Of a stretch of DNA of 64,000 bases, positions 1-13,800 are shown in pieces. The stretch lies in contig NIVC01003807.1 in the NCBI GenBank assembly GCA_002269645.1, positions 12,034-76,033 on the forward strand. Reading direction: 5' to 3'. Position numbers and translations under genes: made by a program. This stretch comes from Macrostomum lignano (taxonomy: Eukaryota). The number at the start of each line of letters is the position of its first letter. Positions within the stretch are counted from its first letter, which is position 1. The notes beneath the pieces are model-generated. The model had not been told where the DNA came from and ran no database searches. It worked only from the letters and a program-made list of their open reading frames with translations.

Positions 1-1759
1 TGGGATCGGTGAGTGTTGCTGTTATTTTCTATCGAATCTCTGGCTATGCTATACAGTATGCGCCTTGGTTCTAGGGTTTAAAAGTACAAGTGGTCAGTTT
101 TATTAATTAAAAGATCAACTCCAACCTTTCAGTCTTATTCTATTAGCTGTTACTATGCGGGTATGCTAGTATTGAGCATATTAAAGAACTTTGAACCCGT
201 CTGGCACAGCCGTCAGCAGAAACCAACTAAGGCATATATACGTATATGTCTGTTTTCAGAGCGATTTCATTTTCTAGATTAGCAACAGGAGGTTAGCAAC
301 CGTGCTAGCTGATAACAAGTAGCGTGCGAAAGTGAGATTTTGCACGCGTTCTTTACCAACATAGATTTATTTTTGTTGCTAAAGTTTGTCTAGTGTTAAA
401 AATATCGGTCTCTCAGTTCTATGTTGATTCGTCAACATAATGGAATAGGTATGCAAAAACATTATTGGAGGTACATAGGCCTGATTAGCAGTCAATTCGG
501 TATATTATCATACCATAGAGAATACGCTCGCATGGGTCAGATTAGCCAAATCTATAAGATCATTTAGTAATCCATAAGCTAGATTAGCAATCCATAAGCT
601 AGATTAGCAATCCGTAAGCTAGATTAGCAATCCGTAAGCTAGATTAGCAGTCAATTCGGTATATTATCATACCATAGAGAATACGCTCGTATGGGTCAGA
701 TTAGCCAAATCTATAAGCTCATTTAATAATCCATAAGCTAGATTAGCAATCCATAAGCTAGATTAGCAATCCGTAAGCTAGATTAGCAATTCATAAGCTA
801 GATTAGCAATCCATAAACTAGACTAGCAATCCATAAGCTAGATTAGCAATCCATAAGCTAGATTAGCAATCCATAAGCTAGATTAGCAATCCATAAGCTT
901 GATTAGCAATCCATAAGCTAGATTAGCAATCCATAAACTAGACTAGCAATCCATAAGCTAGTAGATTAGCAATCCATAAGCTAGATTAGCAATCCATAAG
1001 CTAGACTAGCAATCCATAAGCTAGATTAGCAATCCATAAGCTTGATTAGCAATCCATGAGCTAGACTAGCAATCCATAAGCTAGATTAGCAATCCATAAG
1101 CTAGATTAGCAATCAATAAGCTAGATTAGCAATCCATAAGCTAGATTAGCAATCCATAAGCTAGATTAGCAATCCATTATCCATCAGCCACTTCTCCATC
1201 CTTCAGCCTTACCCAGCTACGCAGTCAGCACAGCCTAAACTCGCCAGCTGGTCGCGAGCTGCTACTGGAGACGCTGTGGCGCCTGCTCCGCTGCCCGTTC
1301 TGCTTGCCGCGCTATTTTTTCCAGCGCCTTCAGCGCACCAGAATCAGCCTGCACGTGACCCCGGCTCGCCGGGCGGCGGCCAATCCTGAGCCAGTCAAAG
1401 TCGGCGTAGACTACGTATTGAAAGTCGAAGGCGTTGTGGAGCAGACTGGCCCGGTTCTGCTCCGCAGATTAGCCAGCGTCGCTGTCGTAGTTGCCGTCCG
1501 GCCGCACTCGACAGCCGCTAGCGGCTCCGACATCGCCGCCGGATTCGAGTCGGCAACATCTGCTAGAGGCGGCTGGCAGCAGCGGCTGACGGCTACGCTG
1601 CCAGTGCCAACAGACTATTTCAGCAAGCAGTTCGTGCTGAGCTTCAATCGGCGGCCGGGACTCTATCTTATTAAAGTACATGTGCACCCGATTGACAAGA
1701 CCGGAGCTCAATGGAGCGCCGTTGAGAAGGAGAGAGTGTACGTGCGGGTCTCCAACTGA
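1..1759 (+). CDS. INTS7: Integrator complex subunit 7, 3' part: exon end 1-8 and terminal exon 1207-1759
   Basis: The terminal exon encodes PRYFFQRLQRTRISL..LKVEGVVEQ..DYFSKQFVLSF..GAQW, which matches my recollection of the INTS7 C-terminus (RYFFQKLQ, LKVEGVVQH, DYFSTQFLLNF). Donor g|gtgagt at 8/9 and acceptor ttcag| at 1206/1207 are both phase 2 and join to give W-D-R-L-T-Q. Stop TGA at 1757-1759. Confidence 0.85.
483..1177. repeat. 20-bp minisatellite (gattagcaatccataagcta)n, preceded by a 159-bp tandem duplication (483-641 / 642-~800)
   Basis: Read directly; lies in the INTS7 intron. Confidence 0.9.
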
Positions 1760-1879
1760 CTTGGGGGGGGGGCAGATGGAAGAGTTACTGTTGAAGCTTT
1801 GCTTTTTTGTTCAAATAAACTCTATTGCTCGCTACAAGGCAAGAAGGAATAGAAAGAATGGATTGTTAATCTATTGTCA

Positions 1880-2840
1880 ACATCAGACGATAGAATAGAA
1901 TGGATTGCTAATCTATTGTCAACATCAGAGGATAAAATAGAATGGATTGTTAATCTATTGTCAACATCAGACGATAGAATATAATGGATTGTTAATCTAT
2001 TGTCAACATCAGACGATAGAATATAATGGATTGTTAATCTATTGTCAACATCAGACGATAGAATATAATGGATTGTTAATCTATTGTCAACATCAGACGA
2101 TAGAATAGAATGGATTGCTAATCTTTTGTCAACATCAGAGGATAGAAAGAATGGATTGTTAATCTATTGTCAACATCAGACGATAGAATAGAATGGATTG
2201 CTAATCTATTGTCAACATCAGAGGATAAAATAGAATGGATTGTTAATCTATTGTCAACATCAGACGATAGAATATAATGGATTGTTAATCTATTGTCAAC
2301 ATCAGACGATAGAATATAATGGATTGTTAATCTATTGTCAACATCAGACGATAGAATATTATGGATTGTTAATCTATTGTCAACATCAGACGATAGAATA
2401 GAATGGATTGCTAATCTATTGTCAACATCAGAGGATAGAATAGAATGGATTGTTAATCTATTGTCAACATCGGAGGATATAATAGAATGGATTTTTAATC
2501 TATTGTCAACATCAGAGGATAGAATAGAATGGATTGCTAATCTATTGTCAACATCAGAGGATAGAATAGAATGGATTGCTAATCTATTGTCAACATCAGA
2601 GGATAGAATAGAATGGATTGTTAATCTATTGTCAACATCAGAGGATAGAATAGAATGGATTGCTAATCTATTGTCAACATCGGAGAATAAAATAGAATGG
2701 ATTTTTAATCTATTGTCAACATCAGAGGATAGAATAGAATGGATTGCTAATCTATTGTCAACATCGGAGGATAGAATAGAATGGATTTTTAATCTATTGT
2801 CAACATCAGAGGATAGAATAGAATGGATTGCTAATCTATC
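1880..2840. repeat. 42-bp minisatellite (atagaatagaatggattgytaatctattgtcaacatcagasg), about 23 copies, downstream of the INTS7 stop
   Basis: Period 42, consistent with the 14-aa repeat in ORF 2335-2850. Confidence 0.9.
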
Positions 2841-3497
2841 CCACCTCTAAAGACAAACTACTCGCAAGCATTTTATAGACACGCATTTATTATATGTGGA
2901 TTTCATTAAAGGCTATTTCATGAATCTAATTATTGGGATTAACAAGTGGCAAATTATTATTTAGTGCTAGCCCAAGGCGCTAAAAATATATTTTCATTGT
3001 GGTGCATTAATATTACGGGCTTTTGTTTTTTAGGATTGTATTGAATTCATGTTAGTTGAATATGCTAGGCTATTAACTAGCTGTTAATAAATTTCATATT
3101 ATACTCGTATATGACATTTTCAATCTGCATTATGTACCATTAGTAGTTGCTTTTGCTCGCATTTGCAGCGCATATGTTTCTGTTTATAAGTAAAAGCGTT
3201 TCTCTATTTTCTTTTGTCGACTTTGTCGACTTGCACCAGTCTTTTTTATTTGATATTTTTATTTGTTAGAAAGTATGACAGTCACATCGGCTACATAGTT
3301 ACATATAGGAGTAAGCTACCATCATTCTAGTACGAATCGGGTTATTTATCTCCTATCATTCTGACGCTTACTTTTCCTTAAAAGTTTAGTGCATTATTGC
3401 ATTGTCAAATTGTACACAGAGTTAATATAAATGAGAAATTATGAATATGAAATACTGTATAGAGATAGTTTATCCGCATATTTATTTATCGGCACTG

Positions 3498-3971
3498 TCA
3501 TCGAGTACCCAGAGCCGCTGCGCAGCTGCCAGAGTGCGATCTGTAGCTGGCATCGGAGCTGCCGGCTGCAGCCAAGTCCTGCTGCGAAGCTGCCCGCCTG
3601 CGGCTCCGTCCGTTCAGGCTCGCCGTCTGCAGGCTGGCAACGGCCGACTGGGCGAGACGGATGTCTCGCATTCGCTGCTCCATCTCCTTGTCTAGCTGGC
3701 GCTGCCGTTCAACTAATCGATTTCTCTCTACGATGTTTAATGATCGGACCATGCGGCCCCGGTCCCGATCGTAGCTGCTGGTCTCCCAGGTCACTTCTTC
3801 GCGTTTGTCTCGCTGCTGGCGCTGTCGGATCTCGTATAGCTCAGAGTTGGTTAGCTGCTGCTGTTGGTGATCTTGCGAAGCTGCTTGCTTGCTTCGACTT
3901 GCCGTGTTAAGTCCGTTGCTGCTGTTGTTGCTAAGCGTGATTCCTGGCATGTCGCGTGCAGCACTGGGCAT
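3498..3971 (-). CDS. Uncharacterised 157-aa single-exon protein with a central predicted coiled coil
   Basis: ATG-to-stop ORF in a GC-rich island flanked by AT-rich DNA. The charged helical segment RNRLVERQRQLDKEMEQRMRDIRL and Gln/Ala runs are like the other exons here. No family recognised. Confidence 0.65.
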   Translation of the reverse strand: MPSAARDMPGITLSNNSSNGLNTASRSKQAASQDHQQQQLTNSELYEIRQRQQRDKREEVTWETSSYDRDRGRMVRSLNIVERNRLVERQRQLDKEMEQRMRDIRLAQSAVASLQTASLNGRSRRRAASQQDLAAAGSSDASYRSHSGSCAAALGTR

Positions 3972-4884
3972 GATGGCCCTATTATCTAAGGCTTGCGATT
4001 GTAGGATCTGTTCAGATTCCTTTTTTGAATAAGATAGTCGCTTTTTGTGGCTGGAATTGCGTCTTTATTGGCTCGGCGGCGTCCCTATATATCTGTTTCT
4101 GAGTGTAATAAGCAGGAAATCTAAGAGTGACTTTCTTGGCAGTCGGCCAATGGGCCGCTGGGTTACACAGCCAGTAAGATTCCAGCACTGGAGGCCAAGG
4201 AGAGTGTGAGCGAATCAATGTTCCCGAATCGTTTGTTGATAAAAACCTTGCTCAGCGCTAGCGAACCACTTGAGCACAATTGACACATTGGCAAACAATT
4301 CAGCTAGCTATTTGCTCAGCTAGTCTGGCCCTGGATTTCAGATTGTGCGAAATGATTGACAAGGCACTAAACTACAGGGTGGAAAGTTGCTATCTCAAAA
4401 TAAGTCTCGCCTTTGGCCGTGTGATCTCACCTGTCGTCGGCGAAGTGTCTATTTTCATTTTTTTATTTGTCGCATCAGCACAATTTTTTCCAGAGTTTAA
4501 CCACAACATTCGCTTTGAATTGACAAGTTGAAAAAGTGCAAATTAGTCCGGATTTGGGTGCAGTCCGCATTGCTGTTTATTTTTCACGCGCGCCCTAACT
4601 GAGTGGACCTGCTTGCTTGTGCTGCCATTGAAAAATCCAGATTTTTCCAGTTGCGTAATCTGATTCTCAGTCTGGCTAGAGATGCTGTGACTTTATTCCA
4701 TCTTCCTATGCTAATTAGATTGACTTGCACGTTGAATCCAAGCAGCATTTTTAGCAATGCTTCACCTTGACATTCCGCTCCGTCACCTTGGGAAGCTGTG
4801 GGCTTCTAGTGGTTATTGTTTCGGCTATTTCCGCGACTTTCACTTTTGAAGTGTGAAATTACATCAAATACTTTAATTCTAAGC

Positions 4885-7800
4885 TTAGCTTCCACCTCAG
4901 TAGCTCAGTAGTTTAGCTTCCGCCTCAGTAGCTCAGGAGTTTAGCTTCCGCCTCAGTAGCTCAGGAGTTTAGCTTCCATCTCAGTAGCTCAGGAGTTTAG
5001 CTTCCACCTCAGTAGCTCAGGAGTTTAGCTTCCACCTCAGTAGCTCAGGAGTTTAGCTTCCACCTCAGTAGCTCAGGAGTTTAGCTTCCACCTCAGTAGC
5101 TCAGGAGTTTAGCTTCCACCTCAGTAGCTCAGGAGTTTAGCTTCCACCTCAGTAGCTCAGGAGTTTAGCTTCCACCTCAGTAGCTCAGGAGTTTAGCTTC
5201 CACCTCAGTAGCTCAGGAGTTTAGCTTCCACCTCAGTAGCTCAGGAGTTTAGCTTCCACCTCAGTAGCTCAGGAGTTTAGCTTCCACCTCAGTAGCTCAG
5301 GAGTTTAGCTTCCACCTCAGTAGCTCAGGAGTTTAGCTTCCACCTCAGTAGCTCAGGAGTTTAGCTTCCACCTCAGTAGCTCAGGAGTTTAGCTTCCACC
5401 TCAGTAGCTCAGGAGTTTAGCTTCCACCTCAGTAGCTCAGGAGTTTAGCTTCCACCTCAGTAGCTCAGGAGTTTAGCTTCCACCTCAGTAGCTCAGGAGT
5501 TTAGCTTCCACCTCAGTAGCTCAGGAGTTTAGCTTCCACCTCAGTAGCTCAGGAGTTTAGCTTCCACCTCAGTAGCTCAGGAGTTTAGCTTCCACCTCAG
5601 TAGCTCAGGAGTTTAGCTTCCACCTCAGTAGCTCAGGAGTTTAGCTTCCACCTCAGTAGCTCAGGAGTTTAGCTTCCACCTCAGTAGCTCAGGAGTTTAG
5701 CTTCCACCTCAGTAGCTCAGGAGTTTAGCTTCCACCTCAGTAGCTCAGGAGTTTAGCTTCCACCTCAGTAGCTCAGGAGTTTAGCTTCCACCTCAGTAGC
5801 TCAGGAGTTTAGCTTCCACCTCAGTAGCTCAGGAGTTTAGCTTCCACCTCAGTAGCTCAGGAGTTTAGCTTCCACCTCAGTAGCTCAGGAGTTTAGCTTC
5901 CACCTCAGTAGCTCAGGAGTTTAGCTTCCACCTCAGTAGCTCAGGAGTTTAGCTTCCACCTCAGTAGCTCAGGAGTTTAGCTTCCACCTCAGTAGCTCAG
6001 GAGTTTAGCTTCCACCTCAGTAGCTCAGGAGTTTAGCTTCCACCTCAGTAGCTCAGGAGTTTAGCTTCCACCTCAGTAGCTCAGGAGTTTAGCTTCCACC
6101 TCAGTAGCTCAGGAGTTTAGCTTCCACCTCAGTAGCTCAGGAGTTTAGCTTCCACCTCAGTAGCTCAGGAGTTTAGCTTCCACCTCAGTAGCTCAGGAGT
6201 TTAGCTTCCACCTCAGTAGCTCAGGAGTTTAGCTTCCACCTCAGTAGCTCAGGAGTTTAGCTTCCACCTCAGTAGCTCAGGAGTTTAGCTTCCACCTCAG
6301 TAGCTCAGGAGTTTAGCTTCCACCTCAGTAGCTCAGGAGTTTAGCTTCCACCTCAGTAGCTCAGGAGTTTAGCTTCCACCTCAGTAGCTCAGGAGTTTAG
6401 CTTCCACCTCAGTAGCTCAGGAGTTTAGCTTCCACCTCAGTAGCTCAGGAGTTTAGCTTCCACCTCAGTAGCTCAGGAGTTTAGCTTCCACCTCAGTAGC
6501 TCAGGAGTTTAGCTTCCACCTCAGTAGCTCAGGAGTTTAGCTTCCACCTCAGTAGCTCAGGAGTTTAGCTTCCACCTCAGTAGCTCAGGAGTTTAGCTTC
6601 CACCTCAGTAGCTCAGGAGTTTAGCTTCCACCTCAGTAGCTCAGGAGTTTAGCTTCCACCTCAGTAGCTCAGGAGTTTAGCTTCCACCTCAGTAGCTCAG
6701 GAGTTTAGCTTCCACCTCAGTAGCTCAGGAGTTTAGCTTCCACCTCAGTAGCTCAGGAGTTTAGCTTCCACCTCAGTAGCTCAGGAGTTTAGCTTCCACC
6801 TCAGTAGCTCAGGAGTTTAGCTTCCACCTCAGTAGCTCAGGAGTTTAGCTTCCACCTCAGTAGCTCAGGAGTTTAGCTTCCACCTCAGTAGCTCAGGAGT
6901 TTAGCTTCCACCTCAGTAGCTCAGGAGTTTAGCTTCCACCTCAGTAGCTCAGGAGTTTAGCTTCCACCTCAGTAGCTCAGGAGTTTAGCTTCCACCTCAG
7001 TAGCTCAGGAGTTTAGCTTCCACCTCAGTAGCTCAGGAGTTTAGCTTCCACCTCAGTAGCTCAGGAGTTTAGCTTCCACCTCAGTAGCTCAGGAGTTTAG
7101 CTTCCACCTCAGTAGCTCAGGAGTTTAGCTTCCACCTCAGTAGCTCAGGAGTTTAGCTTCCACCTCAGTAGCTCAGGAGTTTAGCTTCCACCTCAGTAGC
7201 TCAGGAGTTTAGCTTCCACCTCAGTAGCTCAGGAGTTTAGCTTCCACCTCAGTAGCTCAGGAGTTTAGCTTCCACCTCAGTAGCTCAGGAGTTTAGCTTC
7301 CACCTCAGTAGCTCAGGAGTTTAGCTTCCACCTCAGTAGCTCAGGAGTTTAGCTTCCACCTCAGTAGCTCAGGAGTTTAGCTTCCACCTCAGTAGCTCAG
7401 GAGTTTAGCTTCCACCTCAGTAGCTCAGGAGTTTAGCTTCCACCTCAGTAGCTCAGGAGTTTAGCTTCCACCTCAGTAGCTCAGGAGTTTAGCTTCCACC
7501 TCAGTAGCTCAGGAGTTTAGCTTCCACCTCAGTAGCTCAGGAGTTTAGCTTCCACCTCAGTAGCTCAGGAGTTTAGCTTCCACCTCAGTAGCTCAGGAGT
7601 TTAGCTTCCACCTCAGTAGCTCAGGAGTTTAGCTTCCACCTCAGTAGCTCAGGAGTTTAGCTTCCACCTCAGTAGCTCAGGAGTTTAGCTTCCACCTCAG
7701 TAGCTCAGGAGTTTAGCTTCCACCTCAGTAGCTCAGGAGTTTAGCTTCCACCTCAGTAGCTCAGGAGTTTAGCTTCCACCTCAGTAGCTCAGGAGTTTAG

Positions 7801-10800
7801 CTTCCACCTCAGTAGCTCAGGAGTTTAGCTTCCACCTCAGTAGCTCAGGAGTTTAGCTTCCACCTCAGTAGCTCAGGAGTTTAGCTTCCACCTCAGTAGC
7901 TCAGGAGTTTAGCTTCCACCTCAGTAGCTCAGGAGTTTAGCTTCCACCTCAGTAGCTCAGGAGTTTAGCTTCCACCTCAGTAGCTCAGGAGTTTAGCTTC
8001 CACCTCAGTAGCTCAGGAGTTTAGCTTCCACCTCAGTAGCTCAGGAGTTTAGCTTCCACCTCAGTAGCTCAGGAGTTTAGCTTCCACCTCAGTAGCTCAG
8101 GAGTTTAGCTTCCACCTCAGTAGCTCAGGAGTTTAGCTTCCACCTCAGTAGCTCAGGAGTTTAGCTTCCACCTCAGTAGCTCAGGAGTTTAGCTTCCACC
8201 TCAGTAGCTCAGGAGTTTAGCTTCCACCTCAGTAGCTCAGGAGTTTAGCTTCCACCTCAGTAGCTCAGGAGTTTAGCTTCCACCTCAGTAGCTCAGGAGT
8301 TTAGCTTCCACCTCAGTAGCTCAGGAGTTTAGCTTCCACCTCAGTAGCTCAGGAGTTTAGCTTCCACCTCAGTAGCTCAGGAGTTTAGCTTCCACCTCAG
8401 TAGCTCAGGAGTTTAGCTTCCACCTCAGTAGCTCAGGAGTTTAGCTTCCACCTCAGTAGCTCAGGAGTTTAGCTTCCACCTCAGTAGCTCAGGAGTTTAG
8501 CTTCCACCTCAGTAGCTCAGGAGTTTAGCTTCCACCTCAGTAGCTCAGGAGTTTAGCTTCCACCTCAGTAGCTCAGGAGTTTAGCTTCCACCTCAGTAGC
8601 TCAGGAGTTTAGCTTCCACCTCAGTAGCTCAGGAGTTTAGCTTCCACCTCAGTAGCTCAGGAGTTTAGCTTCCACCTCAGTAGCTCAGGAGTTTAGCTTC
8701 CACCTCAGTAGCTCAGGAGTTTAGCTTCCACCTCAGTAGCTCAGGAGTTTAGCTTCCACCTCAGTAGCTCAGGAGTTTAGCTTCCACCTCAGTAGCTCAG
8801 GAGTTTAGCTTCCACCTCAGTAGCTCAGGAGTTTAGCTTCCACCTCAGTAGCTCAGGAGTTTAGCTTCCACCTCAGTAGCTCAGGAGTTTAGCTTCCACC
8901 TCAGTAGCTCAGGAGTTTAGCTTCCACCTCAGTAGCTCAGGAGTTTAGCTTCCACCTCAGTAGCTCAGGAGTTTAGCTTCCACCTCAGTAGCTCAGGAGT
9001 TTAGCTTCCACCTCAGTAGCTCAGGAGTTTAGCTTCCACCTCAGTAGCTCAGGAGTTTAGCTTCCACCTCAGTAGCTCAGGAGTTTAGCTTCCACCTCAG
9101 TAGCTCAGGAGTTTAGCTTCCACCTCAGTAGCTCAGGAGTTTAGCTTCCACCTCAGTAGCTCAGGAGTTTAGCTTCCACCTCAGTAGCTCAGGAGTTTAG
9201 CTTCCACCTCAGTAGCTCAGGAGTTTAGCTTCCACCTCAGTAGCTCAGGAGTTTAGCTTCCACCTCAGTAGCTCAGGAGTTTAGCTTCCACCTCAGTAGC
9301 TCAGGAGTTTAGCTTCCACCTCAGTAGCTCAGGAGTTTAGCTTCCACCTCAGTAGCTCAGGAGTTTAGCTTCCACCTCAGTAGCTCAGGAGTTTAGCTTC
9401 CACCTCAGTAGCTCAGGAGTTTAGCTTCCACCTCAGTAGCTCAGGAGTTTAGCTTCCACCTCAGTAGCTCAGGAGTTTAGCTTCCACCTCAGTAGCTCAG
9501 GAGTTTAGCTTCCACCTCAGTAGCTCAGGAGTTTAGCTTCCACCTCAGTAGCTCAGGAGTTTAGCTTCCACCTCAGTAGCTCAGGAGTTTAGCTTCCACC
9601 TCAGTAGCTCAGGAGTTTAGCTTCCACCTCAGTAGCTCAGGAGTTTAGCTTCCACCTCAGTAGCTCAGGAGTTTAGCTTCCACCTCAGTAGCTCAGGAGT
9701 TTAGCTTCCACCTCAGTAGCTCAGGAGTTTAGCTTCCACCTCAGTAGCTCAGGAGTTTAGCTTCCACCTCAGTAGCTCAGGAGTTTAGCTTCCACCTCAG
9801 TAGCTCAGGAGTTTAGCTTCCACCTCAGTAGCTCAGGAGTTTAGCTTCCACCTCAGTAGCTCAGGAGTTTAGCTTCCACCTCAGTAGCTCAGGAGTTTAG
9901 CTTCCACCTCAGTAGCTCAGGAGTTTAGCTTCCACCTCAGTAGCTCAGGAGTTTAGCTTCCACCTCAGTAGCTCAGGAGTTTAGCTTCCACCTCAGTAGC
10001 TCAGGAGTTTAGCTTCCACCTCAGTAGCTCAGGAGTTTAGCTTCCACCTCAGTAGCTCAGGAGTTTAGCTTCCACCTCAGTAGCTCAGGAGTTTAGCTTC
10101 CACCTCAGTAGCTCAGGAGTTTAGCTTCCACCTCAGTAGCTCAGGAGTTTAGCTTCCACCTCAGTAGCTCAGGAGTTTAGCTTCCACCTCAGTAGCTCAG
10201 GAGTTTAGCTTCCACCTCAGTAGCTCAGGAGTTTAGCTTCCACCTCAGTAGCTCAGGAGTTTAGCTTCCACCTCAGTAGCTCAGGAGTTTAGCTTCCACC
10301 TCAGTAGCTCAGGAGTTTAGCTTCCACCTCAGTAGCTCAGGAGTTTAGCTTCCACCTCAGTAGCTCAGGAGTTTAGCTTCCACCTCAGTAGCTCAGGAGT
10401 TTAGCTTCCACCTCAGTAGCTCAGGAGTTTAGCTTCCACCTCAGTAGCTCAGGAGTTTAGCTTCCACCTCAGTAGCTCAGGAGTTTAGCTTCCACCTCAG
10501 TAGCTCAGGAGTTTAGCTTCCACCTCAGTAGCTCAGGAGTTTAGCTTCCACCTCAGTAGCTCAGGAGTTTAGCTTCCACCTCAGTAGCTCAGGAGTTTAG
10601 CTTCCACCTCAGTAGCTCAGGAGTTTAGCTTCCACCTCAGTAGCTCAGGAGTTTAGCTTCCACCTCAGTAGCTCAGGAGTTTAGCTTCCACCTCAGTAGC
10701 TCAGGAGTTTAGCTTCCACCTCAGTAGCTCAGGAGTTTAGCTTCCACCTCAGTAGCTCAGGAGTTTAGCTTCCACCTCAGTAGCTCAGGAGTTTAGCTTC

Positions 10801-13800
10801 CACCTCAGTAGCTCAGGAGTTTAGCTTCCACCTCAGTAGCTCAGGAGTTTAGCTTCCACCTCAGTAGCTCAGGAGTTTAGCTTCCACCTCAGTAGCTCAG
10901 GAGTTTAGCTTCCACCTCAGTAGCTCAGGAGTTTAGCTTCCACCTCAGTAGCTCAGGAGTTTAGCTTCCACCTCAGTAGCTCAGGAGTTTAGCTTCCACC
11001 TCAGTAGCTCAGGAGTTTAGCTTCCACCTCAGTAGCTCAGGAGTTTAGCTTCCACCTCAGTAGCTCAGGAGTTTAGCTTCCACCTCAGTAGCTCAGGAGT
11101 TTAGCTTCCACCTCAGTAGCTCAGGAGTTTAGCTTCCACCTCAGTAGCTCAGGAGTTTAGCTTCCACCTCAGTAGCTCAGGAGTTTAGCTTCCACCTCAG
11201 TAGCTCAGGAGTTTAGCTTCCACCTCAGTAGCTCAGGAGTTTAGCTTCCACCTCAGTAGCTCAGGAGTTTAGCTTCCACCTCAGTAGCTCAGGAGTTTAG
11301 CTTCCACCTCAGTAGCTCAGGAGTTTAGCTTCCACCTCAGTAGCTCAGGAGTTTAGCTTCCACCTCAGTAGCTCAGGAGTTTAGCTTCCACCTCAGTAGC
11401 TCAGGAGTTTAGCTTCCACCTCAGTAGCTCAGGAGTTTAGCTTCCACCTCAGTAGCTCAGGAGTTTAGCTTCCACCTCAGTAGCTCAGGAGTTTAGCTTC
11501 CACCTCAGTAGCTCAGGAGTTTAGCTTCCACCTCAGTAGCTCAGGAGTTTAGCTTCCACCTCAGTAGCTCAGGAGTTTAGCTTCCACCTCAGTAGCTCAG
11601 GAGTTTAGCTTCCACCTCAGTAGCTCAGGAGTTTAGCTTCCACCTCAGTAGCTCAGGAGTTTAGCTTCCACCTCAGTAGCTCAGGAGTTTAGCTTCCACC
11701 TCAGTAGCTCAGGAGTTTAGCTTCCACCTCAGTAGCTCAGGAGTTTAGCTTCCACCTCAGTAGCTCAGGAGTTTAGCTTCCACCTCAGTAGCTCAGGAGT
11801 TTAGCTTCCACCTCAGTAGCTCAGGAGTTTAGCTTCCACCTCAGTAGCTCAGGAGTTTAGCTTCCACCTCAGTAGCTCAGGAGTTTAGCTTCCACCTCAG
11901 TAGCTCAGGAGTTTAGCTTCCACCTCAGTAGCTCAGGAGTTTAGCTTCCACCTCAGTAGCTCAGGAGTTTAGCTTCCACCTCAGTAGCTCAGGAGTTTAG
12001 CTTCCACCTCAGTAGCTCAGGAGTTTAGCTTCCACCTCAGTAGCTCAGGAGTTTAGCTTCCACCTCAGTAGCTCAGGAGTTTAGCTTCCACCTCAGTAGC
12101 TCAGGAGTTTAGCTTCCACCTCAGTAGCTCAGGAGTTTAGCTTCCACCTCAGTAGCTCAGGAGTTTAGCTTCCACCTCAGTAGCTCAGGAGTTTAGCTTC
12201 CACCTCAGTAGCTCAGGAGTTTAGCTTCCACCTCAGTAGCTCAGGAGTTTAGCTTCCACCTCAGTAGCTCAGGAGTTTAGCTTCCACCTCAGTAGCTCAG
12301 GAGTTTAGCTTCCACCTCAGTAGCTCAGGAGTTTAGCTTCCACCTCAGTAGCTCAGGAGTTTAGCTTCCACCTCAGTAGCTCAGGAGTTTAGCTTCCACC
12401 TCAGTAGCTCAGGAGTTTAGCTTCCACCTCAGTAGCTCAGGAGTTTAGCTTCCACCTCAGTAGCTCAGGAGTTTAGCTTCCACCTCAGTAGCTCAGGAGT
12501 TTAGCTTCCACCTCAGTAGCTCAGGAGTTTAGCTTCCACCTCAGTAGCTCAGGAGTTTAGCTTCCACCTCAGTAGCTCAGGAGTTTAGCTTCCACCTCAG
12601 TAGCTCAGGAGTTTAGCTTCCACCTCAGTAGCTCAGGAGTTTAGCTTCCACCTCAGTAGCTCAGGAGTTTAGCTTCCACCTCAGTAGCTCAGGAGTTTAG
12701 CTTCCACCTCAGTAGCTCAGGAGTTTAGCTTCCACCTCAGTAGCTCAGGAGTTTAGCTTCCACCTCAGTAGCTCAGGAGTTTAGCTTCCACCTCAGTAGC
12801 TCAGGAGTTTAGCTTCCACCTCAGTAGCTCAGGAGTTTAGCTTCCACCTCAGTAGCTCAGGAGTTTAGCTTCCACCTCAGTAGCTCAGGAGTTTAGCTTC
12901 CACCTCAGTAGCTCAGGAGTTTAGCTTCCACCTCAGTAGCTCAGGAGTTTAGCTTCCACCTCAGTAGCTCAGGAGTTTAGCTTCCACCTCAGTAGCTCAG
13001 GAGTTTAGCTTCCACCTCAGTAGCTCAGGAGTTTAGCTTCCACCTCAGTAGCTCAGGAGTTTAGCTTCCACCTCAGTAGCTCAGGAGTTTAGCTTCCACC
13101 TCAGTAGCTCAGGAGTTTAGCTTCCACCTCAGTAGCTCAGGAGTTTAGCTTCCACCTCAGTAGCTCAGGAGTTTAGCTTCCACCTCAGTAGCTCAGGAGT
13201 TTAGCTTCCACCTCAGTAGCTCAGGAGTTTAGCTTCCACCTCAGTAGCTCAGGAGTTTAGCTTCCACCTCAGTAGCTCAGGAGTTTAGCTTCCACCTCAG
13301 TAGCTCAGGAGTTTAGCTTCCACCTCAGTAGCTCAGGAGTTTAGCTTCCACCTCAGTAGCTCAGGAGTTTAGCTTCCACCTCAGTAGCTCAGGAGTTTAG
13401 CTTCCACCTCAGTAGCTCAGGAGTTTAGCTTCCACCTCAGTAGCTCAGGAGTTTAGCTTCCACCTCAGTAGCTCAGGAGTTTAGCTTCCACCTCAGTAGC
13501 TCAGGAGTTTAGCTTCCACCTCAGTAGCTCAGGAGTTTAGCTTCCACCTCAGTAGCTCAGGAGTTTAGCTTCCACCTCAGTAGCTCAGGAGTTTAGCTTC
13601 CACCTCAGTAGCTCAGGAGTTTAGCTTCCACCTCAGTAGCTCAGGAGTTTAGCTTCCACCTCAGTAGCTCAGGAGTTTAGCTTCCACCTCAGTAGCTCAG
13701 GAGTTTAGCTTCCACCTCAGTAGCTCAGGAGTTTAGCTTCCACCTCAGTAGCTCAGGAGTTTAGCTTCCACCTCAGTAGCTCAGGAGTTTAGCTTCCACC

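Noticed and set aside
2335-2850. 171-aa ORF of LSTSEDRIEWIANL repeats
   Set aside because: It is a by-product of a 42-bp (multiple of 3) minisatellite; neighbouring units have stops.
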